DNA from: Eledone cirrhosa
Taxonomy: Eukaryota
DNA: 64,000 nt
Assembly: GCA_964016885.1 (NCBI GenBank)
Contig: OZ024744.1
Span: 116,808,001-116,872,000 of the forward strand
Direction: 5' to 3'
A model generated the notes under the pieces. It searched no databases. It was not told where the DNA came from and saw nothing but the letters and a program-made list of their open reading frames with translations. The position numbers and the translations under genes are program-made. This document shows positions 1-15,400 of the stretch, one piece after another. How positions within the stretch are numbered: the first letter of the stretch is position 1; each line of letters begins with the position of its first letter.

Positions 1-15
1 ACACTGCTGCTGCTG

Positions 16-75
<60 letters not shown>

Positions 76-129
76 TTACTACTACTATTACTACTATTAC
101 TATTACTACTACTAATACCACTGCTACTG

Positions 130-178
<49 letters not shown>

Positions 179-191
179 GACGACGACGACG

Positions 192-251
<60 letters not shown>

Positions 252-270
252 GCAACTACTCTACTACTGC
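1..270. repeat. (ACT)n/(TAG)n trinucleotide microsatellite, probably the expanded 3' tail of the minus-strand SINE hosting the satellite
   Basis: Continuous actactact tract with gct/att/acg variants, directly abutting the SINE body at 271. Confidence 0.9.
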
Positions 271-456
271 CAAACATTGGTAGGTTACAACAATCAGTAA
301 TTCATTTGATCAGATCAATGGAACAGCCAACTCATGAATGAACATACAAGGGCCAAACACATACCCTTAACGTAGTTCTAAGGGAAATTCGGTGTGACAC
401 AGAATGTGACAAGACTGGTCCTTCAAATTATAGGTACAACACATTTTTGTCAGCTG
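271..456 (-). mobile_element. 3' body of a tRNA-derived CORE-type SINE (left flank of the satellite)
   Basis: Sequence ending acatttttgtcagctgagtg runs seamlessly into the first monomer. On the minus strand, TGTGTCCTTGAGCAAGACACTTTATTTCAGATTGCTTCAGTCCACTCAGCTGACAAAAATG resembles the CORE/MIR-type central domain. Confidence 0.7.
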
Positions 457-3400
457 AGTGGACTGAAGCAATCTGAAATAAAGTGTCTTGCTCAAGGACA
501 CAATGGACTGGAGCAATGTGAAATAAAGTGACTTGTTCAAGGACACAGTGGACTGGAGCAATGTGAAATAAAGTGTCTTGTTCAAGGACACAATGGACTG
601 GAGCAAGGAGAAATAAAGTGTCTTGCTCAAGGACACAGTGGACTGGAGCAATGTGAAATAAAGTGTCTTGTTCAAGGACACGATGGACTGGAGCAAGGAG
701 AAATAAAGTGTCTTGCTCAAGGACACAGTGGACTGGAGCAATGTGAAATAAAGTGTCTTGTTCAAGGACACAATGGACTGGAGCAAGGAGAAATAAAGTG
801 TCTTGCTCAAGGACACAGTGGACTGGAGCAATGTGAAATAAAGTGTCTCGCTCAAGGACACAGTGGACTGGAGCAATGTGACATAAAGTGTCTTGCTCAA
901 GGACACAGTGGACTGGAGCAATGTGACATAAAGTGTCTTGCTCAAGGACACAGTGGACTGGAGCAACGTGAAATAAAGTGTCTTGCTCAAGGACACAGTG
1001 GACTGGAGCAATGTAAAATAAAGTGCCTTGCTCAAGGACACAGTAGACTGGAGCAATGTAAAATAAAGTGTCTCGCTCAAGGACACAGTGGACTGGAGCA
1101 ATGTAAAATAAAGTGTCTTGCTCAAGGACAGAGTGGACTGGAGCAATGTGAAATAAAGTGTTTTGCTCAAGGACATAATGGACTGGAGTAACGTGAAATA
1201 AAGTGTCTTGCTGAAGGAAACAGTGGACTGGAACAATGTGAAATAAAGTGTCTTGCTCAAGGTCACAGTGGACTGGAGCAACGTGAAATAAAGTCTCTTG
1301 CTCAAACTCATAGTGGACTGGAGCAACATGAAATAAAGTGTCTTCCTCAAGGACACAGTGGACTGGAGCAACGTGAAATAAAGTGTTTTGCTTCAGGACA
1401 CAGTGGAGTGGAGCAATGTGAAATAAAGAGTCCTGCTGAAGGACAACCTAGTCTGTAGCAACGTGAAATAAAGTGTCTTGTTCAAGGACACCCTGTACTG
1501 GAGCAACATTAAATAAAGTGTCTTGCTCAAGGACACAGTGGACTGGAGCAACGTGAAATAAAGTGTTTTGCTGCAGGACACGGTGGAGTGGAGCAATGTA
1601 AAATAAAGTGTCTTGCTCAAGGACACAGTGGACTGGGGCAACGTGAAATAAAGTGTCTTGCTCAATGTCACAGTGCACTGGAGCAATGTGACATATGATG
1701 TCTTGCTCAAGGAGACAGTGGACTTGAGCAATGTGAAATAAAGTGTTTGCTCAAGACCACAGTGAACTGGAGCAATGTGAAATATAGTGTCTTGCTCAAC
1801 GACACAGTGGACTGGAGCAACGTGAAATAAAGTGTCTTGTTCAATGTCACTGTGGACTGGAGCAATGTGAAATAATGTGTCTTGCTCAAGGACACAGTGG
1901 ACAGGAGCAACGTGAAATAAAGTTTCTTGTTCAAGGACACAGTGGACTGGAGCAATGTGACATAAAGTGTCTTGCTCAAGGACACCCTGGACTGGATCAA
2001 TGTGAAATAAAGTATCTTATTCAGGACACAGTGGACTGGAGCAATGAGAAATAAAGTGTCTTATTCAAGGACACAATGGACTGGAGCTCTGTGACTCAAA
2101 GTGTCTTGCTCAATGTCACAGTGAACTGGAGCAATGTGAAATAAAATGTCTTGCTCAAGGACACAGTGGACTGGAGCAACATGAAATAAAGTGTCTTGCT
2201 CAAGGACACAGTGGACTGGAGCAACATGAAATAAAGTGTCTTGCTCAAGGACACAGTAGACTGGAGCAATGTGAAATAAAGTATCTTATTCAAGTACACA
2301 GTGGACTGGAGTAATGAGAAATAAAGTGTCTTATTCAAGGACACAATGGACTGGAGCTATGTGACTCAAAGTGTCTTGCTCAATGTCACAGTGGACTGGA
2401 GCAATGTGACATTAAGTGTCTTGCTCAAGGACACAGTGGACTGGAGCAACGTGAAATAAAGTCTCTTACTCGAAGTCACAGTGAACTGGAGCAATGTGAA
2501 ATAAAATGTCTTGCTCAAGGACACAGTGGACTGGAGCAACATGAAATAAAGTGTTTTGCTGAAGGACACAGTGGAGTGGAGCAATGTGAAATAAATTGTC
2601 CTGCTCAAGGCCACCTTGGACTGGAGCAATGGGAAATAAAGTGTCTTGCTGAAAGGACACAGTGGATTGGAGCAATGTGAAATAAAGTCTCTTGCTCAAG
2701 GACAAACTAGTCTGGAGGGACGTGAAATAAAGTGTCTTTTTCAAGGACGCATTGGACTGGAGCAATGAGAAATAGAGTGTCTTGCTCAAGGACACAGTGG
2801 ACTGGAGCAATGTGAATTAATGTGTCCTCCTCAAGTTCACAGTGGACTGGAGCAATGTGAAATAAAGTGTCTTGCTCAAGGACACAGTGGACTGGAGCAA
2901 TGTGAAATAAAGTGTCTTGCTCAAGGACACAGTGTACTGGAGCAATGTGAAATAAACATTCTTGTTCAAGTATACAGTGGACTGGAGCAATGTGAAATAA
3001 AGTGTCTTGCTCAAGGACATAGTGGACTGGGGCAACGTGAAATAAAGTGTCTTGCTCAATGTCACAGTGGACTGGAGCAATGTGACATATAATGTCTTGC
3101 TCAACGACACAGTGGACTGGAGCAACGTGAAATAAAGTGTCTTGTTCAAGTTCACACCGGACTGGAGCAACGTGAAATAAAGTATGTTGCTCAAAGACAC
3201 AGTGGACTGGAGCAATGTGACATAAAGTGTCTTGCTCAAAGACGCGGTGGACTTGAGCAATGTAAAGTAAAGTGTCTTGTTCAAGTACACAGTGGACTGG
3301 GGGCAACGTGAAATAAAGTGTCTTGCTCAAGGACAGGGTGGACTGGAGCAAAGTGAAATAAAGTGTCTTGTTCAATTACACAGTGGACTGGAGCAATGTG

Positions 3401-6400
3401 AAATAAAATGTCTTGCTCAAGGAGACAGTGGACTGGAGCAATGTGAAATAAAGTGTCTTATTCAAGGACACAGTAGACTGGAGCAATGTGAAATAAAGTC
3501 TCTCGCTCAAGGACAAACTAGTCTGGAGGGACGTGAAATAAAGTGTCTTGTTCAAGGATGCATTGGACTGGAGCAATGAGAAATAGAGTGTCTTGCTCAA
3601 GCACACAGTTGACTGGAGCTATGTGAAATAAAGTATCTTGCTTAAGGACACAGTGGACTGGAGCAACGTGAAATAAAGTGATTGTTCAAGGACACAGTGG
3701 ACATGAGCAATGTAAAATAAAGTGTTTTGCTCAAGGACACAGTGGACAGAAACAATGTGAAATAAAGTGTCTCGCTCAAGGACACAGTGGACTGGAGCAA
3801 TGATAAATAGAGTGTTTGCTCAAGGTCATAGTGGACTGGAGCAACCTGAAATATAGTGTCTTTCTCAAGGTGACAGTGGAAAGGAGCAATTTGAAATAAA
3901 GTATCTTGCTTTAAGGACACAGTGGACTGGAGCAACGTGAAATAATGTGTCTTGTTCAATGTCATTGTGGACTGGAGCAATGTGAAATAATGTGTCTTGC
4001 TCAAGGACACAGTGGACAGGAGGAACGTGAAATAAAGTTTCTTGTTCAAGGACACAGTGGACTGGAGCAATGTGACATAAAGTGTCTTGCTCAAGGACAC
4101 AGTGGACTGGAGCAATGTGAAATAAAGTGTCTTCCTCAAGGACAACCTAATCTGGAGCAACGTGAAATAAAGTGTCTTGTTCAAGGACACCCTGGACTGG
4201 AGCAACATGAAATAAAGTGTCTTGCTCAAGAACACAGTGGACTGGAGCAATGTGAAATAAAGTGTCTTGCTGAAGGACACTAGACTACAGCACCGTGAAA
4301 TAAAGTGTCTTGCTCAAGGTCACAGTGGACTGGAACAAAGTGAAATAAAGTGTCTTGCTCAAGGAGACAGTGGACTGGAGCAATGTAAAAAAAGTGTCTT
4401 TCTCAAGGACACAGTGGACTGGAGCAATGTGAATTAATGTGTCCTCTTCAAGTACACAGTGGACTGGAGCAATGTGAAATAAAGTGTCTTGCTCAAGGAC
4501 ACAGTGGTATGGAGCAATGTGACATGAAGTGTTATGCCCAAGGACACAGTGGACTGGAGCAATGTGAAATAAAGTGTCTTGCTCAAGGACACAGTGTACT
4601 GGAGCAATGTGAAATAAACATTCTTGTTCAAGTATACTGTGGACTGGAGCAATGTGAAATAAAGTGTCTTGCTCAAGGACACAGTGGACTGGGGCAACGT
4701 GAAATAAAGTGTCTTGCTCAATGTCACAGTGGACTGGAGCAATGTGACATATAATGTCTTGCTCAAGGACACTGAACTGGAGCAATGTGAAATGAAGTGT
4801 CTTGCTCAACGACACAGTGGACTGGAGCAACGTGAAATAAAGTGTCTTGTTCAAGTACACAGTGGACTGGGGGCAACGTGAAATAAAGTGTCTTGCTCAA
4901 GGACACAGTGGAGTGGAGCAATGTGAAATAAAGTGTCTTGCTCAAGGACACAGTACACTGGAGCCACGTGAAATAAAGTGTTTTGCTGAAGGACACAGTA
5001 GACTGGAGCAATGTGAAATAAAGTGTCTTGCTCAAGGACACAGTGGAATGGAGCAATGTGAAATAAAGTGTCCTGGACAGGAGCAATGGGAAATAAAGTG
5101 TCTTACTCAAGAACACAGTGGACAGGAGCAATGTGAAATAAAGTGTCTCGTTCAAGGACACCCTGGACTGGAGCAACGTGAAATAAAGTGTCTTGCTCAA
5201 GAACACAGTGGACTGGAGCAATGTGAAATAAAGTGTCTTGCTCAAGGATACAGTGGACTGGAGTAACGTGAAATAAAGTATCTTGCTCAAGGACACAGTG
5301 GACTGGAGCAATGTGAAGTAAAGTGTCTTGTTCAAGTACACGGTGGACTGGAGCTGTGTGAAATAAAGTGTCTTGCTCAAGGACACAGTGGACTCTGGCA
5401 ATCTGATATAAAATGTCTTGCTCAAGGTGACAGTGGACTGGAGCAATCTGATATAAAATGTCTTGCTCAAGGAGACAGTAGACTGGAGCAATGTGACTCA
5501 AAGTGTCATGTTCAAGGACACAGTGGACTGGAGCAATGTGAAATAAAGTGTCTTGCTCAAGGACACAGTGGACTGGAGCAACGTGAAATAAAGTGTCTTG
5601 TTCAAGGACACAGTGGACTGGAGCAACGTGAAATAAAGTGACTTGTTCAAGGACACAGTGGACTGGAGCAATGTAAAATAAAGTGTCTTGCTCAAGGACA
5701 CAGTGGACTGGAGCAATGTGAACTAAAGTGTCTCGCTCAAGGACATAATGGACTGGAGTAACATGAAATAAAGTGTCTTGCTGAAGGAAACAGTTGACTG
5801 GAGTAACATGAAATAAAGTGTCTTGCTCAAGGACACAGTGGACTGGAGCAACGTGAAATAAAGTGTTTTTCTGAAGGACACAGTGGAGTGGAGCAATGTG
5901 AAATAAAGTGTCCTGCTCAAGGCCACCCTGGACTGGAGCAATGTGAAATAAAGTGTCTTGCTCAAGGACAGGGTGGACTGGAGCAAAGTGAAATTAAGTG
6001 TCTTGTTCAATTACACAGTGTACTGGAGCAATGTGAAATAAAGTGTCTTGCTCAAGGACACCCTGGACTGGAGCAATGTGAAATAAAGTATCTTGCTCAA
6101 GGACACAGTGGACTGGAGCAATGTGAAATAAAGTGTCTTGTTCAAGGACACAGTGGACTGGAGCAATGCGACATAAAGTGTCTTGCTCAAAGACTATCTG
6201 GACTAAAGCAATGTGAAATAAAGTGTCTTGCTCAACGACACCCTGGACTGAAGCAACATGAAATAAAGTGTCTTGCTCAAGGACACAGTGGACTGGAGCA
6301 ATGTGAAATAAAGTGTCTTGTTGAAGGACACAGTGGACTGGAGCAATGTGAAATAAAGTCTCCTGCTCAAGGACACAGTGGACTGGAGCAATGTGACATA

Positions 6401-9400
6401 AAGTGTCTTGCTCAAGGACACAATGGACTGGAGAAATTTGAAGTAAAGTGTCTTGTTTAAGGACACAGTGAACTGGAGCAACATGAAATAAAGTGTCCTG
6501 CTCAAGGACACCCTGGACTGGAGCAATGTGAAATAAAGTGGCTTGTTCAAGGACACAGTGGACTGGAGCAATGTGACATAAAGTATCCTGCTCAAGAACA
6601 CCCTGGACTCGAGCAATGGGAAATAAAATGTCTTGCTGAAGGACACAGTGGACTGGAGCAATGTGAAATAAAGTGTCTTCCTCAAGGACAACCTAACCTG
6701 GAGCAAGGTGAAATAAAGTGTCTTGTTCAAGGACAACCTGGACTGGAGCAACATGAAATAAAGTGTCTTGCTCAAGAACACAGTGGACTGGAGCAATGTG
6801 AAATAAAGTGTCTTGCTCAAGGACACTAGACTACAGCACCGTGAAATAAAGTGTCTTGCTCAAGGTCACAGTGGACTGGAGCAAAGTGAAATAAAGTGTC
6901 TTGCTCAAGGAGACAGTGGACTGGAGCAATGTAAAATAAAGTGTCTTGCTCAAGGACACAGTGGACTGGAGCAATGTGAATTAATGTGTCCTCTTCAAGT
7001 ACACAGTGGACAGGAGCAATGTGAAATAAAATGTCTTGCTCAAGGACACAGTGGTATGGAGCAATGTGACATGAAGTGTTATGCCCAAGGACACAGTGGA
7101 CTGGAGCAATGTGAAATAAAGTGTCTTGCTCAAGGACACAGTGGACTGGAGCAATGTGAAATAAACATTCTTGTTCAAGTATACAGTGGACTGGAGCAAT
7201 GTGAAATAAAGTGTCTTGCTCAAGGACACAGTGGACTGGGGCAACGTGAAATAAAGTGTCTTGCTCAATGTCACAGTGGACTGGAGCAATGTGACATATA
7301 ATGTCTTGCTCAAGGTCACAGCGGACTGGAGCAACGTGAAATAAAGTATCTTGCTGAAAGACACGGTGGACTGGAGCAATGTGACATAAAGTGTCTTGCT
7401 CAAGGACGCGGTGGACTTGAGCAATGTAAAGTAAAGTGTCTTGCTCAAGGACACAGTGGACTGTGGCAATCTGATATAAAATGTCTTGCTCAAGGAGACA
7501 GTGGACTGGAGCAATCTGATATAAAATGTCTTGCTCAAGGACACAGTGGAATGGAGCAATGTGACATAAAGTGGCTTGTTCAAGGACACAGTGGACTGGT
7601 GCAATGTGAAATAAAGTGTCTTGCTGAAGGACAAAGTGGACTGGAGCAATGTGAAATAAAGTGGCTTGTTCAAGGACACAGTGGACTGGAGCAATGTGAC
7701 ATAAAGTGTCCTGCTCAAGAACACCCTGGACTCGAGCAATGGGAAATAAAATGTCTTGCTGAAGGACACAGTGAACTGGAGCAATGGGAAATATAGTGTC
7801 TTGCTCAACGACACAGTGGACTGGAGCAACGTGAAATAAAGTGTCTTGTTCAATGTCAATGTGGACTGGAGCAATGTGAAATAATGTGTCTTGCTCAAGG
7901 ACACAGTGGACAGGAGCAACGTGAAATAAAGTTTCTTGTTCAAGGACACAGTGGACTGGAGCAATGTGACATAAAGTGTCTTGCTCAAGGACACCCTGGA
8001 CTGGATCAATGTGAAATAAAGTATCTTATTCAGGACACAGTGGACTGGAGCAATGAGAAATAAAGTGTCTTATTCAAGGACACAATGGACTGGAGCTCTG
8101 TGACTCAAAGTGTCTTGCTCAATGTCACAGTGAACTGGAGCAATGTGAAATAAAATGTCTTTCTCAAGGACACAGTGGACTGGAGCAACATGAAATAAAG
8201 TGTCTTGCTCAAGGACACAGTGGACTGGAGCAACATGAAATAAAGTGTCTTGCTCAAGGACACAGTAGACTGGAGCAATGTGAAATAAAGTATCTTATTC
8301 AAGGACACAGTGGACTGGAGTAATGAGAAATAAAGTGTCTTATTCAAGGACACAATGGACTGGAGCTATGTGACTCAAAGTGTCTTGCTCAATGTCACAG
8401 TGGACTGGAGCAATGTGACATTAAGTGTCTTGCTCAAGGACACAGTGGACTGGAGCAACGTGAAATAAAGTCTCTTACTCGAAGTCACAGTGAACTGGAG
8501 CAATGTGAAATAAAATGTCTTGCTCAAGGACACAGTGGACTGGAGCAACATGAAATAAAGTGTTTTGCTGAAGGACACAGTGGAGTGGAGCAATGTGAAA
8601 TAAATTGTCCTGCTCAAGGCCACCCTGGACTGGAGCAATGGGGAATAAAGTGTCTTGCTGAAAGGACACAGTGGATTGGAGCAATGTGAAATAAAGTCTC
8701 TTGCTCAAGGACAAACTAGTCTGGAGGGACGTGAAATAAAGTGTCTTTTTCAAGGACGCATTGGACTGGAGCAATGAGAAATAGAGTGTCTTGCTCAAGG
8801 ACACAGTGGACTGGAGCAATGTGAATTAATGTGTCCTGTTCAAGTTCACAGTGGACTGGAGCAATGTGAAATAAAGTGTCTTGCTCAAGGACACAGTGGA
8901 CTGGAGCAATGTGAAATAAAGTGTCTTGCTCAAGGACACAGTGTACTGGAGCAATGTGAAATAAACATTCTTGTTCAAGTATACAGTGGACTGGAGCAAT
9001 GTGAAGTAAAGTGTCTTGCTCAAGGACACAGTGGACTGGGGCAACGTGAAATAAAGTGTCTTGCTCAATGTCACAGTGGACTGGAGCAATGTGACATATA
9101 ATGTCTTGCTCAAGGACACAGTGAACTGGAGCAATGTGAAATAAAGTGTCTTGCTCAACGACACAGTGGACTGGAGCAACGTGAAATAAAGTGTCTTTTT
9201 CAAGTTCACACCGGACTGGAGCAACGTGAAATAAAGTGTCTTGCTCAACGACACAGTGGACTGGAGCAATGTAAAATAAAGTGTCTTGTTCAAGTACACA
9301 GTGGACTGGGGGCAACGTGAAATAAAGTGTCTTGCTCAAGGACAGGGTGGACTGGAGCAAAGTGAAATAAAGTGTTTTGCTGAAGGACACAGTAGACTGG

Positions 9401-12400
9401 AGCAATGTGAAATAAAGTGTCTTGCTCAAGGACACAGTGGAATGGAGCAATGTGAAATAAAGTGTCCTGGACAGGAGCAATGGGAAATAAAGTGTCTTAC
9501 TCAAGAACACAGTGGACTGGAGCAATGTGAAATAAAGTGTCTCGTTCAATTACACAGTGGACTGGAGCAATGTGAAATAAAATGTCTTGCTCAAGGAGAC
9601 AGTGGACTGGAGCAATGTGAAATAAAGTGTCTTGCTCAAGGACACAGTAGACTGGAGCAACATGAAATAAAGTGTCTTGCTCAAGGACACAGTACACTGG
9701 AGCCACGTGAAATAAAGTGTTTTGCTGAAGGACACAGTAGACTGGAGCAATGTGAAATAAAGTGTCTTGCTCAAGGACACAGTGGAATGGAGCAATGTGA
9801 AATAAAGTGTCCTGGACAGGAGCAATGGGAAATAAAGTGTCTTACTCAAGAACACAGTGGACAGGAGCAATGTGAAATAAAGTGTCTCGTTCAAGGACAC
9901 CCTGGACTGGAACAACGTGAAATAAAGTGTCTTGCTCAAGAACACAGTGGACTGGAGCAATGTGAAATAAAGTGTCTTGCTCAAGGATACAGTGGACTGG
10001 AGTAACGTGAAATAAAGTATCTTGCTCAAGGACACAGTGGACTGGAGCAATGTGAAGTAAAGTGTCTTGTTCAAGTACACGGTGGACTGGAGCTGTGTGA
10101 AATAAAGTGTCTTGCTCAAGGACACAGTGGACTCTGGCAATCTGATATAAAATGTCTTGCTCAAGGTGACAGTGGACTGGAGCAATCTGATATAAAATGT
10201 CTTGCTCAAGGAGACAGTAGACTGGAGCAATGTGACTCAAAGTGTCATGTTCAAGGACACAGTGGACTGGAGCAATGTGAAATAAAGTGTCTTGCTCAAG
10301 GACACAGTGGACTGGAGCAACGTGAAATAAAGTGTCTTGTTCAAGGACACAGTGGACTGGAGCAACGTGAAATAAAGTGACTTGTTCAAGGACACAGTGG
10401 ACTGGAGCAATGTAAAATAAAGTGTCTTGCTCAAGGACACAGTGGACTGGAGCAATGTGAACTAAAGTGTCTCGCTCAAGGACATAATGGACTGGAGTAA
10501 CATGAAATAAAGTGTCTTGCTGAAGGAAACAGTTGACTGGAGTAACATGAAATAAAGTGTCTTGCTCAAGGACACAGTGGACTGGAGCAACGTGAAATAA
10601 AGTGTTTTGCTGAAGGACACAGTGGAATGGAGCAATGTGAAATAAAGTGTCTTGCTCAAGGACAGGGTGGACTGGAGCAAACTGAAATTAAGTGTCTTGT
10701 TCAATTACACAGTGTACTGGAGCAATGTGAAATAAAGTGTCTTGATCAAGGACATAGTGAACTGGAGCAACGTGAAATAAAGTGTCTTGCTCAAGGACAC
10801 CCTGGACTGGAGCAATGTGAAATAAAGTATCTTGCTCAAGGACACAGTGGACTGGAGCAATGTGAAATAAAGTGTCTTGTTCAAGGACACAGTGGACTGG
10901 AGCAATGCGACATAAAGTGTCTTGCTCAAAGACTATCTGGACTAAAGCAATGTGAAATAAAGTGTCTTGCTCAACGACACCCTGGACTGAAGCAACATGA
11001 AATAAAGTGTCTTGCTCAAGGACACAGTGGACTGGAGCAATGTGAAATAAAGTGTCTTGTTGAAGGACACAGTGGACTGGACAAATGTGAAATAAAGTCT
11101 CCTGCTCAAGGACACAGTGGACTGGAGCAATGTGACATAAAGTGTCTTGCTCAAGGACACAATGGACTGGAGAAATTTGAAGTAAAGTGTCTTGTTTAAG
11201 GACACAGTGAACTGGAGCAACATGAAATAAAGTGTCCTGCTCAAGGACACCCTGGACTGGAGCAATGTGAAATAAAGTGTCTTGCTGAAGGACAAAGTGG
11301 ACTGGAGCAATGTGAAATAAAGTGGCTTGTTCAAGGACACAGTGGACTGGAGCAATGTGACATAAAGTGTCCTGCTCAAGAACACCCTGGACTCGAGCAA
11401 TGGGAAATAAAATGTCTTGCTGAAGGACACAGTGGACTGGAGCAATGTGAAATAAAGTGTCTTCCTCAAGGACAACCTAATCTGCAGCAACGTGAAATAA
11501 AGTGTCTTGTTCAAGGACACCCTGGACTGGAGCAACATGAAATAAAGTGTCTTGCTCAAGAACACAGTGGACTGGAGCAATGTGAAATAAAGTCTCTTGC
11601 TCAAGGACACAGTGGACTGGAGCAATGTGAATTAATGTGTCCTCTTCAAGTACACAGTGGACTGGAGCAATGTGAAATAAAGTGTCTTGCTCAAGGACAC
11701 TAGACTACAGCACCGTGAAATAAAGTGTCTTGCTCAAGGTCACAGTGGACTGGAGCAAAGTGAAATAAAGTGTCTTGCTCAAGGAGACAGTGGACTGGAG
11801 CAATGTAAAATAAAGTGTCTTGCTCAAGGACACAGTGGACTGGAGCAATGTGAAATAAAATGTCTTGCTCAACGACACAGTGGTATGGAGCAATGTGACA
11901 TGAAGTGTTATGCCCAAGGACACAGTGGACTGGAGCAATGTGAAATAAAGTGTCTTGCTCAAGGACACAGTGGACTGGAGCAATGTGAAATAAACATTCT
12001 TGTTCAAGTATACAGTGGACTGGAGCAATGTGAAATAAAGTGTCTTGCTCAAGGACACAGTGGACTGGGGCAACGTGAAATAAAGTGTCTTGCTCAATGT
12101 CACAGTGGACTGGAGCAATGTGACATATAATGTCTTGCTCAAGGTCACAGCGGACTGGAGCAACGTGAAATAAAGTATCTTGATGAAAGACACGGTGGAC
12201 TGGAGCAATGTGACATAAAGTGTCTTGCTCAAGGACGCGGTGGACTTGAGCAATGTAAAGTAAAGTGTCTTGCTCAAGGACACAGTGGACTGTGGCAATC
12301 TGATATAAAATGTCTTGCTCAAGGAGACAGTGGACTTGAGCAATGTGAAATAAAATGTCTTGCTTAAGTACAACCTAATCTGGAGCAACGTGAAATAAAG

Positions 12401-15400
12401 TGTCTTGTTCAAGGACACCCTGGACTGGAGCAACATGAAATAAAGTGTCTTGATCAAGAACACAGTGGACTGGAGCAATGTGAAATAAAGTGTCTTGCTC
12501 AAGGACACAGTGGACTGGAGCAATGTGAATTAATGTGTCCTCTTCAAGTACACAGTGGACTGGAGCAATGTGAAATAAAGTGTCTTGCTCAAGGACACTA
12601 GACTACAGCACCGTGAAATAAAGTGTCTTGCTCAAGGTCACAGTGGACTGGAGCAAAGTGAAATAAAGTGTCTTGCTCAAGGAGACAGTGGACTGGAGCA
12701 ATGTAAAATAAAGTGTCTTGCTCAAGGACACAGTGGACTGGAGCAATGTGAATTAATGTGTCCTCTTCAAGTACACAGTGGACTGGAGCAATGTAAAATA
12801 AAATGTCTTGCTCAAGGACACAGTGGTATGGAGCAATGTGACATGAAGTGTTATGCCCAAGGACACAGTGGACTGGAGCAATGTGAAATAAAGTGTCTTG
12901 CTCAAGGACACAGTGGACTGGAGCAATGTGAAATAAACATTCTTGTTCAAGTATACAGTGGACTGGAGCAATGTGAAATAAAGTGTCTTGCTCAAGGACA
13001 CAGTGGACTGGGGCAACGTGAAATAAAGTGTCTTGCTCAATGTCACAGTGGACTGGAGCAATGTGACATATAATGTCTTGCTCAAGGTCACAGCGGACTG
13101 GAGCAACGTGAAATAAAGTATCTTGCTGAAAGACACGGTGGACTGGAGCAATGTGACATAAAGTGTCTTGCTCAAGGACACAGTGGACTTGAGCAATGTG
13201 AAATAAAATGTCTTCCTCAAGGACAACCTAATCTGGAGCAACGTGAAATAAAGTGTCTTGTTCAAGGACACCCTGGACTGGAGCAACATGAAATAAAGTG
13301 TCTTGATCAAGAACACAGTGGACTGGAGCAATGTGAAATAAAGTGTCTTGTTCAAGGTCACAGCGGACTGGAGCAACGTTAAATAAAGTATCTTGCTCAA
13401 AGACACGGTGGACTGGAGCAATGTGACATAAAGTGTCTTGCTCAAGGACGCGGTGGGCTTGACCAATGTAAAGTAAAGTGTCTTGTTCAAGTACACAATG
13501 GACTGGAGCTGTGTGAAATAAAGTGTCTTGCTCAAGGACACAGTGGACTATGGCAATCTGATATAAAATGTCTTGCTCAAGGAGACAGTGGACTGGAGCA
13601 ACGTGAAATAAAGTCACTTGTTCAAGGACACAGTGGACTGGAGCAATGTAAAATAAAGTGTCTTGCTCAAGGACACAGTGGACTGGAGCAATATGAACTA
13701 AAGTGTCTCGCTCAAGGACATAATGGACTGGAGTAACATGAAATAAAGTGTCTTGCTGAAGGAAACAGTTGACTGGAGCAACATGAAATAAAGAGTCTTG
13801 CTCAAGGACACAGTGGAGTGGAGCAATGTGAAATAAAGTGTCCTGCTCAAGGCCACCCTCGACTGGAGCAATGTGAAATAAAGTGTCTTGTTCAATTACA
13901 CAGTGGACTGGAGCAATGTGAAATAAAGTGTCTTACTCAAGGACACCCTGGACTGGAGCAATGTGAAATAAAGTTTCTTGCTCAAGGACACGGTGGACTG
14001 GAGCAATGCGACATAAAGTATCTTGCTCAAAGACTATCTGGACTGAAGCAACGTGAAATAAAGTGTCTTGCTCAACGACACCCTGGACTGAAGCAACATG
14101 AAATAAAGTGTCTTGCTCAAGGACACAGTGGACTGGAGCAATGTGAAATAAAGTGTCTTACTCAAGGACACCCTGGACTGGAGCAATGTGAAATAAAGTA
14201 TCTTGCTCAAGGACACAGTGGACTGGAGCAATGTAAAATAAAGTGTCTTGTTGAAGGACACGGTGGACTGGAGCAATGTGAAATAAAGTCTCCTGCTCAA
14301 GGACACAGTGGACTGGAGCAATGTGACATAAAGTGTCTTGCTCAAGGACACAATGGACTGGAGAAATTTGAAGTAAAGTGTCTTGTTTAAGGACACAGTG
14401 AACTGGAGCAACATGAAATAAAGTGTCCTGCTCAAGGACACCCTGGACTGGAGCAATGTGAAATAAAGTGTCTTGCTGAAGGACAAAGTGGACTGGAGCA
14501 ATGTGACATAAAGTGTCTTGCTCAAGGACACAGTGGAGTGGAGCAATGTGAAATAAAGTGTCCTGCTCAAGAACACCCTGGACTCGAGCAATGGGAAATA
14601 AAATGTCTTGCTGAAGGACACAGTGGACTGGAGCAATGTGAAATAAAGTGTCTTCCTCAAGGACAACCTAATCTGGAGCAACGTGAAATAAAGTGTCTTG
14701 TTCAAGGACACCCTGGACTGGAGCAACATGAAATAAAGTGTCTTGTTCAAGTATACAGTGGACTGGAGCAATGTGAAATAAAGTGTCTTGCTCAAGGACA
14801 CAGTGGACTGGAGCAATGTGAATTAATGTGTCCTCTTCAAGTACACAGTGGACTGGAGCAATGTGAAATAAAGTGTCTTGCTCAAGGACAGGGTGGACTG
14901 GAGCAATGTGACATGAAGTGTTATGCCCAAGGACGCAGTGGACTGGAGCAATGTGAAATAAAGTGTCTTGCTAGAGGACACAGTGGACTGGAGTATTGTG
15001 AAATAAACATTCTTGTTCAAGTATACAGTGGACTGGAGCAATGTGAAATAAAGTGTCTTGCTCAAGGACACAGTGGACTGGGGCAACGTGAAATAAAGTG
15101 TCTTGCTCAATGTCACAGTGGACTGGAGCAATGTGACATATAATGACTTGCTCTAGGACACAGTGAACTGGAGCAATGTGAAATATAGTGTCTTGCTCAA
15201 CGACACAGTGAACTGGAGCAACATGAAATAAAGTGTCCTGCTCAAGGACACCCTGGACTGGAGCAATGTGAAATAAAGTGTCTTGCTGAAGGACAAAGTG
15301 GACTGGAGCAATGTGAAATAAAGTGTCTTGTTCAAGGACACAGTGGACTGGAGCAATGTGACATAAAGTGTCTTGCTCAAGGACACAGTGGAGTGGAGCA

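Noticed and set aside
1-270. Telomeric repeat or chromosome end
   Set aside because: The unit is ACT, not a TTAGGG-type repeat, and its position fits a SINE tail.
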